A stretch of 64,000 nt of DNA from positions 10,182 through 74,181 of the IMG/VR virus record IMGVR_UViG_3300035189_000005. One strand, 5' to 3'. The notes beneath the pieces were generated by a model. That model saw nothing but the letters and a program-made list of their open reading frames with translations, was not told the DNA's origin and made no database searches. Positions within the stretch are counted from its first letter, which is position 1. Each line of letters begins with the position of its first letter. The stretch is from a virus. Of this stretch, positions 35,176 through 46,369 are shown piece after piece. The translations under genes were made by a program, and so were the position numbers.

Positions 35176-35511
35176 ATGACCGGAGAATCCCCTGAAGTGC
35201 AAATGGCTCGTCTCGAAGAACGGATGAAGACGGTACTCAATCGACTGGATGAGGCGAAAGAGGACCAGAAAAATCACCGTGAGTGGATGATCGGAATGAG
35301 CAAAACCCTGACTGATGTAGCCAACCGGCTTCAGGGGGTGGAGAACAACTTTGCTCGGGCTTCCCCGACCATTGAAGAATTCATCACCATCAAGCACAAA
35401 GTTGTAGGTGCAGGTGTGCTGGGAAAATGGGCTTGGGCCGCAGGTGCAGCAATCATCACCTTCGTCTACAGCGTGCGTGAATCAATCATCCTTTGGATCA
35501 CCAAACAATGA
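35176..35511 (+). CDS. coiled-coil protein with C-terminal TM helix (lysis cassette, holin/antiholin-like)
   Basis: ARLEER coiled coil, GAGVLGKWAWAAG TM segment; N4 gp63 position. Confidence 0.7.
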   Translation: MTGESPEVQMARLEERMKTVLNRLDEAKEDQKNHREWMIGMSKTLTDVANRLQGVENNFARASPTIEEFITIKHKVVGAGVLGKWAWAAGAAIITFVYSVRESIILWITKQ

Positions 35512-35753
35512 AGATCGAACTCGTTCCCAATTGGAAACGGGCTTGGAAATTTGCCTCAGTACAGTTGCCTGTACTGGGGCTCATCCTCATGTCCATTTCT
35601 GATGTTGTCCAACAGGCATGGCAGCAACTACCTCAACAGGTTCAGCAAAACATGCCCCACTCATCCACCATTGCGATGGGAGTATTTGCCCTGAGTATCC
35701 TGGGTCGAATTCTCGTATTCACACAGAAGGAACCTGTAAATGCTGACTCCTAA
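35508..35753 (+). CDS. putative holin (2 TM)
   Basis: LVPNWKRAWKFASVQ...GRIL..Q; directly upstream of the endolysin. Confidence 0.75.
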   Translation: MKIELVPNWKRAWKFASVQLPVLGLILMSISDVVQQAWQQLPQQVQQNMPHSSTIAMGVFALSILGRILVFTQKEPVNADS

Positions 35754-36366
35754 CAAGAAGGTTGTCGGTGGTACATCTGCTGTCATGGCCGCTGTCGTTG
35801 CAGCGGTCTTTGCTGTTGAAGGCGGATTCACCACCGACAAGAACGACCGAGGCAACTGGACTTCAGGTGTCGTAGGCCAGGGTGAACTGAAAGGGACCAA
35901 CCATGGCATCAGTGCCATGTCCTACCCCAATCTGGACATCAAGAATCTGACTCAGGAACAGGCAACCGAGATCTATGTCCGGGACTACATCAAACAGCCC
36001 AAGTACGATCTGATCATCAACCTGTCACCGGCTGTCGGACAGAAGCTGGTCGATATGGGAGTCAACGTTGGCCCTGCCCGTTCTTCCACTTGGTTCCAGC
36101 AAAGCCTCAACTCCTTGAGTCGAGGTGGTACTGACTTTCCTCAAATTAATGTTGATGGTAAAGTCGGAACCAATACGGCCAACACCTATGCCAGTCTTCA
36201 GAAACGTCGGGGTAAGGTGCTGGCTTGTGAGTTGACGATCAAACTCTTGGATGCCCAGCAGGGTGTTCACTACATGAGCCTTACCAAGCTGAGCATCTAT
36301 ACCCCAGGTTGGGTGTCTCAACGGATAGGCAATGTGCCGCTGGAAAAGTGCAAAGAGGAAAAGTGA
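35740..36366 (+). CDS. endolysin, glycoside hydrolase family 108, SAR-like N-terminus
   Basis: EGG....DRG..T....GTNHGI, D.GVN.G, VDGKVG, GW...RI. Confidence 0.92.
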   Translation: MLTPNKKVVGGTSAVMAAVVAAVFAVEGGFTTDKNDRGNWTSGVVGQGELKGTNHGISAMSYPNLDIKNLTQEQATEIYVRDYIKQPKYDLIINLSPAVGQKLVDMGVNVGPARSSTWFQQSLNSLSRGGTDFPQINVDGKVGTNTANTYASLQKRRGKVLACELTIKLLDAQQGVHYMSLTKLSIYTPGWVSQRIGNVPLEKCKEEK

Positions 36367-36367
36367 C

Positions 36368-36877
36368 ATGTTCGATCCAAAGGGAATTGCTATGGTCTCT
36401 GCTGCGGTGATTCTCTTTGGAGGTGGCCTGTACTTCACTGGCTACTCCAATGGTGAAACCCATGCCCGTCTTGAGACAGCACTTGAGGCTGAAGCCACAG
36501 CAAAGAAGGTCACCGATCTGCAACACGAACTCATGGCAGCATCTGCCACCCACAGTCGAGAGATGCAGGAGATCTACAATGACTATGCCCAGGAAAGTCA
36601 GAAGCATGCCTTGGCTCTGGATGCTATTTCTGTCGATGCCAATAACCGGTTGCAGCTCAGTAAAGCCCGAGCCGACGTATATCAACGTCAGGCCCGAAGT
36701 AGCTCCGCTGAACAAGAACGTCTTGCAAAGCATGCAGCCGAACTCGACCGAACTATTGAAGAAGGTCGATCTCTGGTTAGAGAACTCCGGGAAGCTGTTG
36801 GACAGCGTGATGCTGCCATCCGAGCATTAGGTAGTATGATTACCACCGACCGTAAACTGTTCTCTACGAGTAATTGA
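36368..36877 (+). CDS. i-spanin (Rz-like)
   Basis: N-terminal TM helix plus long coiled coil, after the endolysin. Confidence 0.85.
   Translation: MFDPKGIAMVSAAVILFGGGLYFTGYSNGETHARLETALEAEATAKKVTDLQHELMAASATHSREMQEIYNDYAQESQKHALALDAISVDANNRLQLSKARADVYQRQARSSSAEQERLAKHAAELDRTIEEGRSLVRELREAVGQRDAAIRALGSMITTDRKLFSTSN
36579..36830 (+). CDS. o-spanin (Rz1-like) lipoprotein embedded in the +1 frame
   Basis: SD AGGAG; signal peptide with lipobox ITGC; Pro-rich. Confidence 0.8.
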   Translation: MTMPRKVRSMPWLWMLFLSMPITGCSSVKPEPTYINVRPEVAPLNKNVLQSMQPNSTELLKKVDLWLENSGKLLDSVMLPSEH

Positions 36878-36878
36878 A

Positions 36879-39179
36879 ATGACCACATCTGATACCGATC
36901 TGCTCTACAACAAGGATGGGCAGTACGCACCCAAGATTACTGACTGGGCCAAGGAACCTGATCTTAAAGATCTGAAGGCTGATGCTGAGGCTGCACGCCC
37001 AGCACAACAGATTCAGGTGTCCAAGATCCGTCGTTGGAATGACATCCTCAAGGCCACCGGCAAGTTTGCTGGACCCAATGTGAAAGGACGTTCCTCTGTT
37101 CAGCCCAAGCTGACCCGGCAGCAGGCCGAGTGGCGATATGCTGCATTGAGTGAACCCTTCCTCGGTTCCAACAAACTGTTCAACGTAAAGCCCGTCACCT
37201 TCGAGGACGACAACGGTGCCAAGCAGAACGAGTTGGTCCTGAACTGGCAATTCCGCACCAAGCTGAATCGGGTCAAGTTCATTGATGACTTGGTTCGATC
37301 CACTGTTGATGATGGTACTTCTATCGTCCGTGTGGGATGGAAGCGTAATGCCATCAAGATCTGGCAGGAAGTGCCAGTCTATGACCATTACCCAATCCAG
37401 GATGAGCAACAGCTTCAGATGTTCCAGCAAGCCATGCAGATGAAGGAAGAAGACATCCGTGGTTTCAACGAACAAGCTGACCCAGCACTGAAAGCTGCTC
37501 TGGAGTATTACGAGGAATCCGGTCAAGCCACCATTGCTGTGCAGACTGGTACTCAACGGGTTCAGGTCGAGAAGCTTCTGGAAAACAAACCGGAACTGAC
37601 CATCCTCAACCCAACGAACGTGATCATCGACCCTTCGTGTGAAGGCGACATGGACAAGGCTCTGTTCGCCATCATCTCTTTCGAGACCTGCCAAGCAGAC
37701 CTCAAGAAAGAGCCTGATCGTTACAAGAACCTCGAATACGTTTTGTGGGAATCAGCATCTCCGGCCACCACTGCCGACCATGCCACCAACACCCCCGACT
37801 CCTTCCAGTTCACCGACGAACTGCGGAAGAAGGTAGTGGCCTACGAATACTGGGGCTACAGCGATATCAAGGGTGATGGGACTTTGGTTCCGATTGTCTG
37901 CACTTGGATCGGCAATACCATGATCCGTTGTGAAGAGAACCCTTACCCGGACCAGAAGTTGCCCTTCGTTGTCATCCCTTATCTGCCGGTCAAACGTGAC
38001 CTGTACGGTGAGCCAGATGCTGAAATGCTGGTGGACTTCCAGCAGATTCACGGTGCAATCACCCGTGGCATGGTGGACTTGCTCGGTCGTTCGGCCAACA
38101 GCCAGATTGGTTTTGCCAAGGGCATGTTGGACCCACTGAACCGGAAGCGGTTTGATTCGGGTGCGGATTACGAGTTCAACCCCAATGCCAACCCACAGAA
38201 CAACCTGATCGAGCACAAGTTCCCTGAGCTTCCTCAGTCGGCCATGATGATGCTGAACATCCAGCAGAACCAAGCCGAGTCCATGACTGGTGTGAAGTCT
38301 TTCTCTGGCGGTGTGTCTGGTGAATCCTACGGCCAAGTGGCTGCTGGTATTCGTGGTGCACTCGATGCTGCATCCAAGCGTGAGATGGCAATCCTTCGCC
38401 GTATCGCCAAAGGCATGATGGAGATCGCCACCAAGATCACTGCCATGAACCAAGTGTTCATGTCTGAGAAAGAAGTGGTACGGGTCACCAACCAAGAGTT
38501 CGTGACTGTTCTGCGTGATGACCTTCAGGGCAACTTCGACTTGGAAGTGGATATCTCCACTGCCGAGGTGGATAACCAGAAGTCCCAGGATCTGGCATTC
38601 ATGCTTCAGACCGTTGGTCCTAACACTGATCCTCAGATCATGATGACGATCCTGGCAGAGATTGCAGACCTGAAGCGTATGCCTGCATTGGCTCAGAAGC
38701 TTCGGATGTGGAAACCAACACCAGATCCAATCGTCGAGCAACTCAAGCAGCTTGAAGTGCAGAAGGCTCAAATGGAGATCCAGAAGCTTCAGTCTGAGAT
38801 TGCTCTCAATGACGCCAAGGCCAAACAAGCTGGTGCTCAAGGTGACCTTGCTAACCTGGACTTTGTTGAACAGGAGACTGGTACTAAACACGCTCGTGAT
38901 ATGGCTCTACAAAAAGCTCAGTCGGAAGGTAACCAGAATCTTCAGGTCACCAAGGCTCTTACTCAACCAGTTAAAGAGGGTGAGAAGGCACCGAACATTA
39001 ATGCTGCGGTTGGTTTTAACGCGATTAGTGATAAACTGAATCAAGCTAGCCAACCAATGAGTCCCAGTAGTATGATCGGTCGGGACTTAGCAGCACAGCA
39101 AGACAACTCGCGTAATCTGAATTCCAGTCGGTTCCAACCACAATTGGACCCGGCACTTAACCCAGCAATGAACCTCTAA
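36879..39179 (+). CDS. portal protein (N4 gp59-like)
   Basis: 766 aa; [30 protein letters not shown]; synteny. Confidence 0.93.
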   Translation: MTTSDTDLLYNKDGQYAPKITDWAKEPDLKDLKADAEAARPAQQIQVSKIRRWNDILKATGKFAGPNVKGRSSVQPKLTRQQAEWRYAALSEPFLGSNKLFNVKPVTFEDDNGAKQNELVLNWQFRTKLNRVKFIDDLVRSTVDDGTSIVRVGWKRNAIKIWQEVPVYDHYPIQDEQQLQMFQQAMQMKEEDIRGFNEQADPALKAALEYYEESGQATIAVQTGTQRVQVEKLLENKPELTILNPTNVIIDPSCEGDMDKALFAIISFETCQADLKKEPDRYKNLEYVLWESASPATTADHATNTPDSFQFTDELRKKVVAYEYWGYSDIKGDGTLVPIVCTWIGNTMIRCEENPYPDQKLPFVVIPYLPVKRDLYGEPDAEMLVDFQQIHGAITRGMVDLLGRSANSQIGFAKGMLDPLNRKRFDSGADYEFNPNANPQNNLIEHKFPELPQSAMMMLNIQQNQAESMTGVKSFSGGVSGESYGQVAAGIRGALDAASKREMAILRRIAKGMMEIATKITAMNQVFMSEKEVVRVTNQEFVTVLRDDLQGNFDLEVDISTAEVDNQKSQDLAFMLQTVGPNTDPQIMMTILAEIADLKRMPALAQKLRMWKPTPDPIVEQLKQLEVQKAQMEIQKLQSEIALNDAKAKQAGAQGDLANLDFVEQETGTKHARDMALQKAQSEGNQNLQVTKALTQPVKEGEKAPNINAAVGFNAISDKLNQASQPMSPSSMIGRDLAAQQDNSRNLNSSRFQPQLDPALNPAMNL

Positions 39180-39192
39180 AGGACCACTCAGC

Positions 39193-39552
39193 ATGTCTGA
39201 AGTCACAGTTGAACAGTTTGAAAATCACCTCGATGGCTTGAAAGAAACCATCGAATTCCGTGACGCCGTACAACGTCTGGCGAAGAACCGGGATTTCGTC
39301 AAGGTAATCACCAACGGTTTCATGCTCCACGAAGCATCCCGTTATGTGCAAGCCTCCGGCGATCCGGCTCTTACTGCCGTCCAGCGTGCGGATGCTCTGG
39401 CCATTGCCCAGGCATCGGGTCACCTGAAGCGCTTTCTGTCGGTGTCGATCCAGATCGGCAACAAGGCTCAGGACGATATGCCTGAGCTGGAACGTCAGCT
39501 CGATCTGGCTCGTCGTGGTGTTGACGACGATGACGACTTCGGCCAGGAGTAA
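39193..39552 (+). CDS. N4 gp58-like conserved protein
   Basis: RL..N.DF..VI..GF pattern; synteny. Confidence 0.8.
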   Translation: MSEVTVEQFENHLDGLKETIEFRDAVQRLAKNRDFVKVITNGFMLHEASRYVQASGDPALTAVQRADALAIAQASGHLKRFLSVSIQIGNKAQDDMPELERQLDLARRGVDDDDDFGQE

Positions 39553-39558
39553 TAGACC

Positions 39559-40752
39559 ATGCCTCCAGTGGATTTCAACGTCTCTGACGAAGATTTCCTA
39601 CAGCAAGAGCCTCCGGTAGTTGATCCAACCGATCAACTGTCGCAGGCCGAACTTGATGCACAAGTTCGCTTGCAGCAGGAAAAAGATGATGCTGAAGCAG
39701 CCGCCAATCTGGCTGCTGCTAATCCAGCTCCAATCCCACAGCCCGGCGATGCCGACTACGTGGAACCAACTGAACCTGTACTGAAGTCCGGCGATGAAGG
39801 TTATGTAGAACCTGCTGCTGTGCTGAAGGAAGGTGACGAAGGTTATGTCTCTCCTGCCCCTGCTCCAGCAGTGGTCGAAAAAACTCCTGAAGAGCTGGCT
39901 GCTGATAAAGAAGCCGCTGCCCAAGCTGCATTGGGTACTCCGCCTCCTGCTATCGATTACGAGGCTGCCTTCAAGAACATGATGAAACCTCTCCGTGCAA
40001 ACGGCAAGGACATCGAACTTCGTGACCCGGAAGAGCTGATCAAGTTGGCTCAACAGGGTGCGAATTTCACCCAGAAAATGCAACAACTCGCTCCGCACCG
40101 TAAGGCGCTGATGATGTTGCAGAACAACGGCATTGATGAATCCCGGCTCTCTTTCCTGATCGACCTGGACAAGAAGAACCCCGAGGCTATCAAGCAGTTG
40201 ATCAAAGACGCCGGGATCAATCCTCTGGATATTGATCCCGATGTAGCTCCTGCATACCAGTCGGGCAATCACCGTGTAAGTGATGAAGAAGCCAACTTCC
40301 AATCAGCTCTGGACAACATGACCAGTTCTGATGAAGGACGGGCCACTCTGCAAGTCATCAACTCTACCTGGGATCAGGCCAGTAAGGACATGCTCTGGAA
40401 GAACCCCGAGATCATGAGCATCATGCACGAGGCTAAACAGTCTGGTGTATATGACGTGATCGCTACAGAAGTTGAACGTCGTCGGATTCTCGGCCAACTT
40501 CCAGTTGGTATGAGTTTCGTCCAGGCGTACAAAACTGTAGGGGATCAGATGGTTGCAGAAAAACCTGCTCCCGTTCAAACTGCCCCCGTCCCGGTGGCGA
40601 CTCGTGTGGCTGCTCCAAAGCCCGACGCGAATAACGCTAAGGCCCAAGCTGCTGCTGCAACTCGCACCACGCAGCGTCAAGCGAAGGTTCTCGTTAATCC
40701 ATTGGCAATGTCCGATGACGAGTTCCTCAAGCAATTCCAAAATCGCCTCTAA
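39559..40752 (+). CDS. N4 gp57-like protein (scaffold / 'tape measure')
   Basis: Acidic N-terminus, ANGK....Q.GAN.T.KMQ, NPLAMSDDEF; precedes the capsid gene. Confidence 0.85.
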   Translation: MPPVDFNVSDEDFLQQEPPVVDPTDQLSQAELDAQVRLQQEKDDAEAAANLAAANPAPIPQPGDADYVEPTEPVLKSGDEGYVEPAAVLKEGDEGYVSPAPAPAVVEKTPEELAADKEAAAQAALGTPPPAIDYEAAFKNMMKPLRANGKDIELRDPEELIKLAQQGANFTQKMQQLAPHRKALMMLQNNGIDESRLSFLIDLDKKNPEAIKQLIKDAGINPLDIDPDVAPAYQSGNHRVSDEEANFQSALDNMTSSDEGRATLQVINSTWDQASKDMLWKNPEIMSIMHEAKQSGVYDVIATEVERRRILGQLPVGMSFVQAYKTVGDQMVAEKPAPVQTAPVPVATRVAAPKPDANNAKAQAAAATRTTQRQAKVLVNPLAMSDDEFLKQFQNRL

Positions 40753-40764
40753 GGGTATATCGCT

Positions 40765-41994
40765 ATGCTGAACTACAACGCTCCAAAAGAAGGCCAGAAG
40801 TCGTCCATTGACGGTGCTGGCTCCGATCAGATGAACACCTTCTTCTGGATCAAGAAAGCTTTGATCGAGGCCCGGAAGGAACAGTTCTTCATGCCGCTGT
40901 CTTCGACCATGAACTTGCCGAAGCACTTCGGTAAAGCCGTGAAGGTGTACGAGTACATCCCACTGCTCGACGACCGCAACATCAACGACCAGGGTATCGA
41001 CGCCAACGGTGCAACCATCGCCAACGGTAACCTCTATGGTTCCAGCCGTGACGTGGGCACCATCACCGGCAAGTTGCCAGTCCTGACCGAGAACGGTGGC
41101 CGCGTTAACCGCGTAGGCTTCACTCGTATCGAGCGTGAAGGTTCCATCCACAAGTTCGGCTTCTTCACCGAGTTCACTGCCGAGTCCCTGGACTTCGACA
41201 GCGACGACATGCTCAAGGAACACCTGAGCCGTGAGCTGATGAACGGTGCCGTTCAACTGACCGAAGCCGTCCTGCAACGTGACCTGCTGGCTGCTGCTGG
41301 TACTGTCCTGTATGCCGGTGCTGCAACCAGCGATGCCACCATCACTGGTGAGATCACTCCTGCTTCCGGTCAGGTGCCTGAAATCCCTGCGTCGAAGGTC
41401 AGCTACAAGAACTTCCAACGCCTGGACATCATCCTCACCGACAACCGCACTCCGAAGCAGACCAAGATCATCTCCGGTTCGCGGAACATCGACACCAAGG
41501 TGATCGGTAACGGTCGTGTGGCCTACATCGGTTCGGCCCTGCTGCCGGAACTGCAAGCCATGAAAGACCTGTTCGGCAACAAGGCGTTCATCGAGCCTCA
41601 GCACTACGCTGACGCTGGCAACCTGATGAACGGTGAAGTTGGTGCCTGCGGTGCCTTCCGCTTCATCCAAGTGCCGGAAATGCTGCACTGGACTGGTGCC
41701 GGTGCCGCCGTTACCAACAACCCTGGCTATCACAGCTCCATGAAGAATGGCACTGAGCGCTACGACGTGTTCCCAATCCTGGTTATCGGCGACGACAGCT
41801 TCCAGAACATCGGTTTCCAGACTGATGGCAAGACTGTGAAGTTCACCGTCCTGACCAAGATGCCCGGCGAAGCAACTGCCGACCGCAACGACCCGTTCGG
41901 TGAAACCGGCTTCAGCTCGATCAAGTGGTACTACGGTATCCTGATCAAGCGGCCTGAACGTATCGCACTGATCAAGTGCGTTGCACCGATCTAA
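40765..41994 (+). CDS. major capsid protein (N4 gp56-like)
   Basis: [47 protein letters not shown]; strongest codon bias. Confidence 0.95.
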   Translation: MLNYNAPKEGQKSSIDGAGSDQMNTFFWIKKALIEARKEQFFMPLSSTMNLPKHFGKAVKVYEYIPLLDDRNINDQGIDANGATIANGNLYGSSRDVGTITGKLPVLTENGGRVNRVGFTRIEREGSIHKFGFFTEFTAESLDFDSDDMLKEHLSRELMNGAVQLTEAVLQRDLLAAAGTVLYAGAATSDATITGEITPASGQVPEIPASKVSYKNFQRLDIILTDNRTPKQTKIISGSRNIDTKVIGNGRVAYIGSALLPELQAMKDLFGNKAFIEPQHYADAGNLMNGEVGACGAFRFIQVPEMLHWTGAGAAVTNNPGYHSSMKNGTERYDVFPILVIGDDSFQNIGFQTDGKTVKFTVLTKMPGEATADRNDPFGETGFSSIKWYYGILIKRPERIALIKCVAPI

Positions 41995-42060
41995 CCGAAC
42001 ACCTCGGGGGGAATGAATGTTCCCCCCTTGGTTCCAACACTCCTTATCGGAACTGAAACC

Positions 42061-42687
42061 ATGACCAACCCGAATGCAAACCCTCTGGAACAAGACGACG
42101 ATCTTCCTTCGAAGTCGGAGCTGGAGGTTCTGAAAGAGATGGCCACCATGATGGGCATCAACTTCTCCAACAACATCGGCGTCGAATCGCTCAAGCAGCG
42201 GATCGAGGAAAAGCGAGCATCCCTCAATGCCCAATCCAACACCGAAGACCAAACCGACACGACCCAAGTCAACCCCCTGGCTCATGCTGATCCTTCGGTA
42301 GTCTCGGAAAAGCCGCTCAGCCTCCGCCAGTACATGATGCAGGAACAGACCCGTTTGGTTCGCCTGCGTATCACCAACATGGACCCGAAGAAGGCCGACC
42401 TCCAAGGCGAGATCCTGACTGTCGCCAACGAATACCTGGGCACCATCCGTAAGTTCGTACCCTTCGGCGAAGCCACGGACAACGGTTACCATGTACCGTA
42501 CTGCCTGTATGAGCTGCTGAAGAACCGTGAGTTTCTTCAGATCAAGACCTTCAAGAAGCCCGGTGGCCGTATCGAAACCAAGACCCAGTACGTTCGTGAG
42601 TTCGCACTGGAAATCCTGCCGGACCTGACTGAGAAAGAGCTGGCTCAGCTCAAAACTACCCAAGCAGCTCGCGGCGATGTGGATTAA
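42061..42687 (+). CDS. N4 gp55-like protein
   Basis: LVRLRITNMDP.K..L.GEI.TV.N...G...K.VPF. Confidence 0.85.
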   Translation: MTNPNANPLEQDDDLPSKSELEVLKEMATMMGINFSNNIGVESLKQRIEEKRASLNAQSNTEDQTDTTQVNPLAHADPSVVSEKPLSLRQYMMQEQTRLVRLRITNMDPKKADLQGEILTVANEYLGTIRKFVPFGEATDNGYHVPYCLYELLKNREFLQIKTFKKPGGRIETKTQYVREFALEILPDLTEKELAQLKTTQAARGDVD

Positions 42688-42710
42688 TATCTAATCCCAG
42701 CGAATCAAAG

Positions 42711-42738
42711 AACGGCTCGTTAATACGGGCCGTTTTTC
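42711..42738 (+). terminator. intrinsic terminator
   Basis: AACGGCTCGT-TAAT-ACGGGCCGTT-TTT. Confidence 0.8.
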
Positions 42739-42763
42739 ATTGAACCAAAGAGAGGATTCACTC

Positions 42764-43621
42764 ATGGGTTGCGGAGCTGATACAGAAGCTAATGCCCTCA
42801 TCACTTCCCTTACGGCTGGGGAAGACTTCACCATTCCCAAGCCTGATCTGTCTGGGGACGAATTCAAGTTTCCCTACGATCCGAACAGTCCTCTGTACAA
42901 AGGGCTGAAGCCACTGACCAACGAGGATGTGACCACTCGTGTCATTGATGGCACTGGCTCGTTCGATTCGTTCATGTCTGGCTTCAATGTCCATCTCTGG
43001 AATGAGTACGATAAAGGCCGTATCACTGGTGCCGAATACACCAAGGCTTACGTTGCTCTGGCTGAATCGGCTATGTCCCAGGGTGTTCAGTTCCTGCTCG
43101 GTAAAGACCAAGCTTTCTGGCAAGGCCAGCAAGCACAGATCCAGGCATTCACTGCACGGGTCCAACTAGAAACAGCCAAGGTGGCTCTTGCCAGCGAACA
43201 GCTTCAAGTCGCGAACCAAAAGGCTAACTATGCCTTGACCAAGTTGAAGCTTGCTTCTGAGTCTGTCACCTACTGCACTGCCCAATACAATCTGGACAAT
43301 ATGCTGCCCCAGCAATTGGCGAATCTGCGGATTCAGGCCAAGCTGTTGTCGGAACAGATGGAAGCACAACGTGCACAGACCTCTGACTCCCGCTCGGATA
43401 ACCTCCCTGTCTTGGGTCTGATCGGCCAGCAGAAGAAGCTTTATGCCCAGCAGGTCACCAGCTACCAACGTGACTCTGAGGTGAAAGCATCGAAGTTGTT
43501 CACTGATGCATGGATCACCATGAAGACCATCGATGAAGGCTTGAACCCACCGAACGGTTTCACCAACGCCAGCTTGGACACCATCCTGCTGCAACTGAAA
43601 GCAAACAACGGGTTGGGTTAA
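42764..43621 (+). CDS. virion structural protein (N4 gp54-like)
   Basis: G.G.FD..M.....L..EY..GRITGAEY; WIT.KTIDEG. Confidence 0.85.
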   Translation: MGCGADTEANALITSLTAGEDFTIPKPDLSGDEFKFPYDPNSPLYKGLKPLTNEDVTTRVIDGTGSFDSFMSGFNVHLWNEYDKGRITGAEYTKAYVALAESAMSQGVQFLLGKDQAFWQGQQAQIQAFTARVQLETAKVALASEQLQVANQKANYALTKLKLASESVTYCTAQYNLDNMLPQQLANLRIQAKLLSEQMEAQRAQTSDSRSDNLPVLGLIGQQKKLYAQQVTSYQRDSEVKASKLFTDAWITMKTIDEGLNPPNGFTNASLDTILLQLKANNGLG

Positions 43622-43624
43622 GTC

Positions 43625-46357
43625 ATGGGATGGGAGATGGTTCGATCCTCAAATATGTACAACCTTGCCGGTGAGAACGTAAAGCGGATCAATTATCTGC
43701 CTACCGTGATTGCTGGTAAGGTCATTGGTAATCCCAATGCTTCGATGGGGGAAGTGATCACCAATGCCACTCTTCAAGGCCAGGGTCTGAAGTATCGTCG
43801 CTTCGGTACATGGTGCCGTGAGACTGGTTATGCAGCATGGACCGGTATCTCCAGCACTCAGTTGAATACCGGTGGTGCCGTCGATCCAGCTCTCATCCTC
43901 CCCCACATTGATCATCCCGTTGGTTCGGATGTGTTCATCTCCGATGCTCGAATTGGTGCTGCCGACTTCACCTTCTGGGTGAACAGTTGGTTGCTTGCCA
44001 ATCATCCTGAATCTTTCAATAAGGAGTACGGGGTTACCTTCAATGAGCAAACTTTCGAGGCCACCATTCTGTTCAAGGATGGGACCTCTTACACATTCCC
44101 TCTGTCCGACTACGACATGACAGGCACGTATCTCTATGTGACCTACACCGTCGTCGGAAAGAACACTGTCGAGCCGATTATCCCTGGCACTTTGGTTCAG
44201 GTTGCTGGTCCTGCTGATTACCCTTCAACTGTTGGTTGGCAATCCAATGGTGCAACTAGTGGACCCAAGACGGTCAACCTCAATACGCACCAACTGATCC
44301 AAGTGACCTACAGTGATAATCGTCCACCCGAGACAAGCACTCGGGATGTTCCGTATACCCAGCAGATCACTGAAACAGATGCTGAGTATGAGAAGACTGA
44401 GTACATCGGGGGTAACCCTTCAGGCTCTGAGATCAATAGTCTCCGAAGCATCATGCATCAGCTCCACACCAATGTGATTGATGAGACTCAGGAAGTTCGT
44501 TCTCAGGATGAAACTCTTCCTGGTGGTGTGGTGAAAACCACAAAGACAACAACCACTTACCAAGCAATCCGCATGGTGTATGGCTACCGGATCGATACTC
44601 AGATCATCACCAACCGGAAGTATTCGAATCTTCAGTACCTCATCTACAAGAAGGGTTCTGGTAATGCTGCTCTGGATGCAATCTTCACCACTGGCAAAGT
44701 GGATGAAGGGGTGATTCCCCCTATTGCTTTCAAGACCCGTGACATCGTGAATGGCCGTGTTCCCCTTGATATCTGGGGCTATTTGCCTTTGCGACAGGGT
44801 GCCTGGGAACAATGGATGCCACCTGAAGATACTCGACTCACAGTTCAATCTAGTGCTGCATTCAAGAAGGCATTCGACAAGGACTACCGTGAGCAAGTCA
44901 CGAAGATGTATAACGACACTCGTATCAGTGGTTCTCCTTGGCCGGTGACCATCTTCACAGTGTTTGGTGTTCCCTTTAACTCGCCGGATAAAGCCAGCAA
45001 GAAGTACATCTATCGATTCTTCCAGTCGATCATTCAACAGGGTGGAACTGGCGGTAACCAGCAGCAATGGCAACTGGCCTGGAACCAAGCTGATATCAGT
45101 CAGCGTAACTGGTTGCTTTGGCGTGATGCCCAGGCTGATCCAATGAATCCTCTCTACGGTAAACCTGAGCCTGCTCGTTTGCCTTACCCAGTAGTGCCTA
45201 ACAACTCAATGGATATCCGTGCACCGAATATCCAGTATTCGGTCAGTGTGAACTGGTCTGCATTGAGTGAGGCCACCGGTACTGGTAAAGGTTTCCCTGG
45301 TGCCCGACTCAATGATGTGAAGTTTGAGATTGGCTCTACCACCAACTATGAAGAACTGATCATCTCTGGTGGTCTTACCTCATGGCGTCCTGGGTCAAGT
45401 TCCCTCATCACCATGACTTGGCAGTATGAAGAGAACAAGTGGCGAAGCATCGGTGTCTGGAACCTTCAGCACGTCAACACGATCTCTCCAGGCAACCTGA
45501 TCATTACCACTGGCATCGAAGCACTGAATACTGCTGCTGAAAGCAAGTTCCTTGTTCCAGCACACATCGGTGTTCTTCGGAGTCTTCCGATCCGTGATGC
45601 GAACCAAATGGCTCAGTCCTTCTCGTACATGGTGATGAACTATGCCTATGAGATCCAAAAGGAAAATGGCTGGGGTATCTTCAAGATCGTGACGATCATT
45701 CAGATCATCGTCTTCTCGATCATCACTGCGGGTGCAGGCTCGGGAGCATCTGTTGGTCTCCTTGGTTCCGCTGCTGGGGTTGGTGCTGCTCTCGGATTCA
45801 CAGGTACGATAGCCATCATCGTTGGTTCCATTGCCAATGCTGTTGCAGCAATGCTCTTGTCCCAACTGATCATGGCCGGTTCGACTGCTCTTTTCGGTGA
45901 ACAGATCGGGGCAATCATCGGCACCATCCTGTCGATCATGGCTGTGAGTTATGGCACTGCTTACTCTAATGGCACATCGACTGCATCGTTCAACGTGAGT
46001 GATGTCTTCACTGCCGAGAACATGATGAAGCTGTCTGTTGCTGCTGGTCAGGGCTATGCCGGTGTCATCAACAAGGACACAGCAGAGTACATTCAGCAGA
46101 CTCAAGAGTTGCTGGAACAGTACAATACCGAGTCCCTTGCTATCAGTGAGGCATGGAAACAGAACCTGGGAGGTGGTCTTGTGAACCTCGACCCATCCTT
46201 CTTGGTAGACGTAGCTCGACCGAACCCATTTGCTATGGAGTCGTCGAACACCTTTTTAAGTCGTACACTGACGGTAGGTAGTGACATCGCTGATATGACC
46301 AATGGCATAGTCACCAACTTTGCAGCAATGACGATCAACACACAGCTTCCGAGCTGA
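43625..46357 (+). CDS. virion protein (N4 gp53-like) with C-terminal hydrophobic helices
   Basis: 910 aa; synteny; hydrophobic Gly/Ala-rich C-terminal region. Confidence 0.8.
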   Translation: MGWEMVRSSNMYNLAGENVKRINYLPTVIAGKVIGNPNASMGEVITNATLQGQGLKYRRFGTWCRETGYAAWTGISSTQLNTGGAVDPALILPHIDHPVGSDVFISDARIGAADFTFWVNSWLLANHPESFNKEYGVTFNEQTFEATILFKDGTSYTFPLSDYDMTGTYLYVTYTVVGKNTVEPIIPGTLVQVAGPADYPSTVGWQSNGATSGPKTVNLNTHQLIQVTYSDNRPPETSTRDVPYTQQITETDAEYEKTEYIGGNPSGSEINSLRSIMHQLHTNVIDETQEVRSQDETLPGGVVKTTKTTTTYQAIRMVYGYRIDTQIITNRKYSNLQYLIYKKGSGNAALDAIFTTGKVDEGVIPPIAFKTRDIVNGRVPLDIWGYLPLRQGAWEQWMPPEDTRLTVQSSAAFKKAFDKDYREQVTKMYNDTRISGSPWPVTIFTVFGVPFNSPDKASKKYIYRFFQSIIQQGGTGGNQQQWQLAWNQADISQRNWLLWRDAQADPMNPLYGKPEPARLPYPVVPNNSMDIRAPNIQYSVSVNWSALSEATGTGKGFPGARLNDVKFEIGSTTNYEELIISGGLTSWRPGSSSLITMTWQYEENKWRSIGVWNLQHVNTISPGNLIITTGIEALNTAAESKFLVPAHIGVLRSLPIRDANQMAQSFSYMVMNYAYEIQKENGWGIFKIVTIIQIIVFSIITAGAGSGASVGLLGSAAGVGAALGFTGTIAIIVGSIANAVAAMLLSQLIMAGSTALFGEQIGAIIGTILSIMAVSYGTAYSNGTSTASFNVSDVFTAENMMKLSVAAGQGYAGVINKDTAEYIQQTQELLEQYNTESLAISEAWKQNLGGGLVNLDPSFLVDVARPNPFAMESSNTFLSRTLTVGSDIADMTNGIVTNFAAMTINTQLPS

Positions 46358-46369
46358 ACAGGAGGGGTT

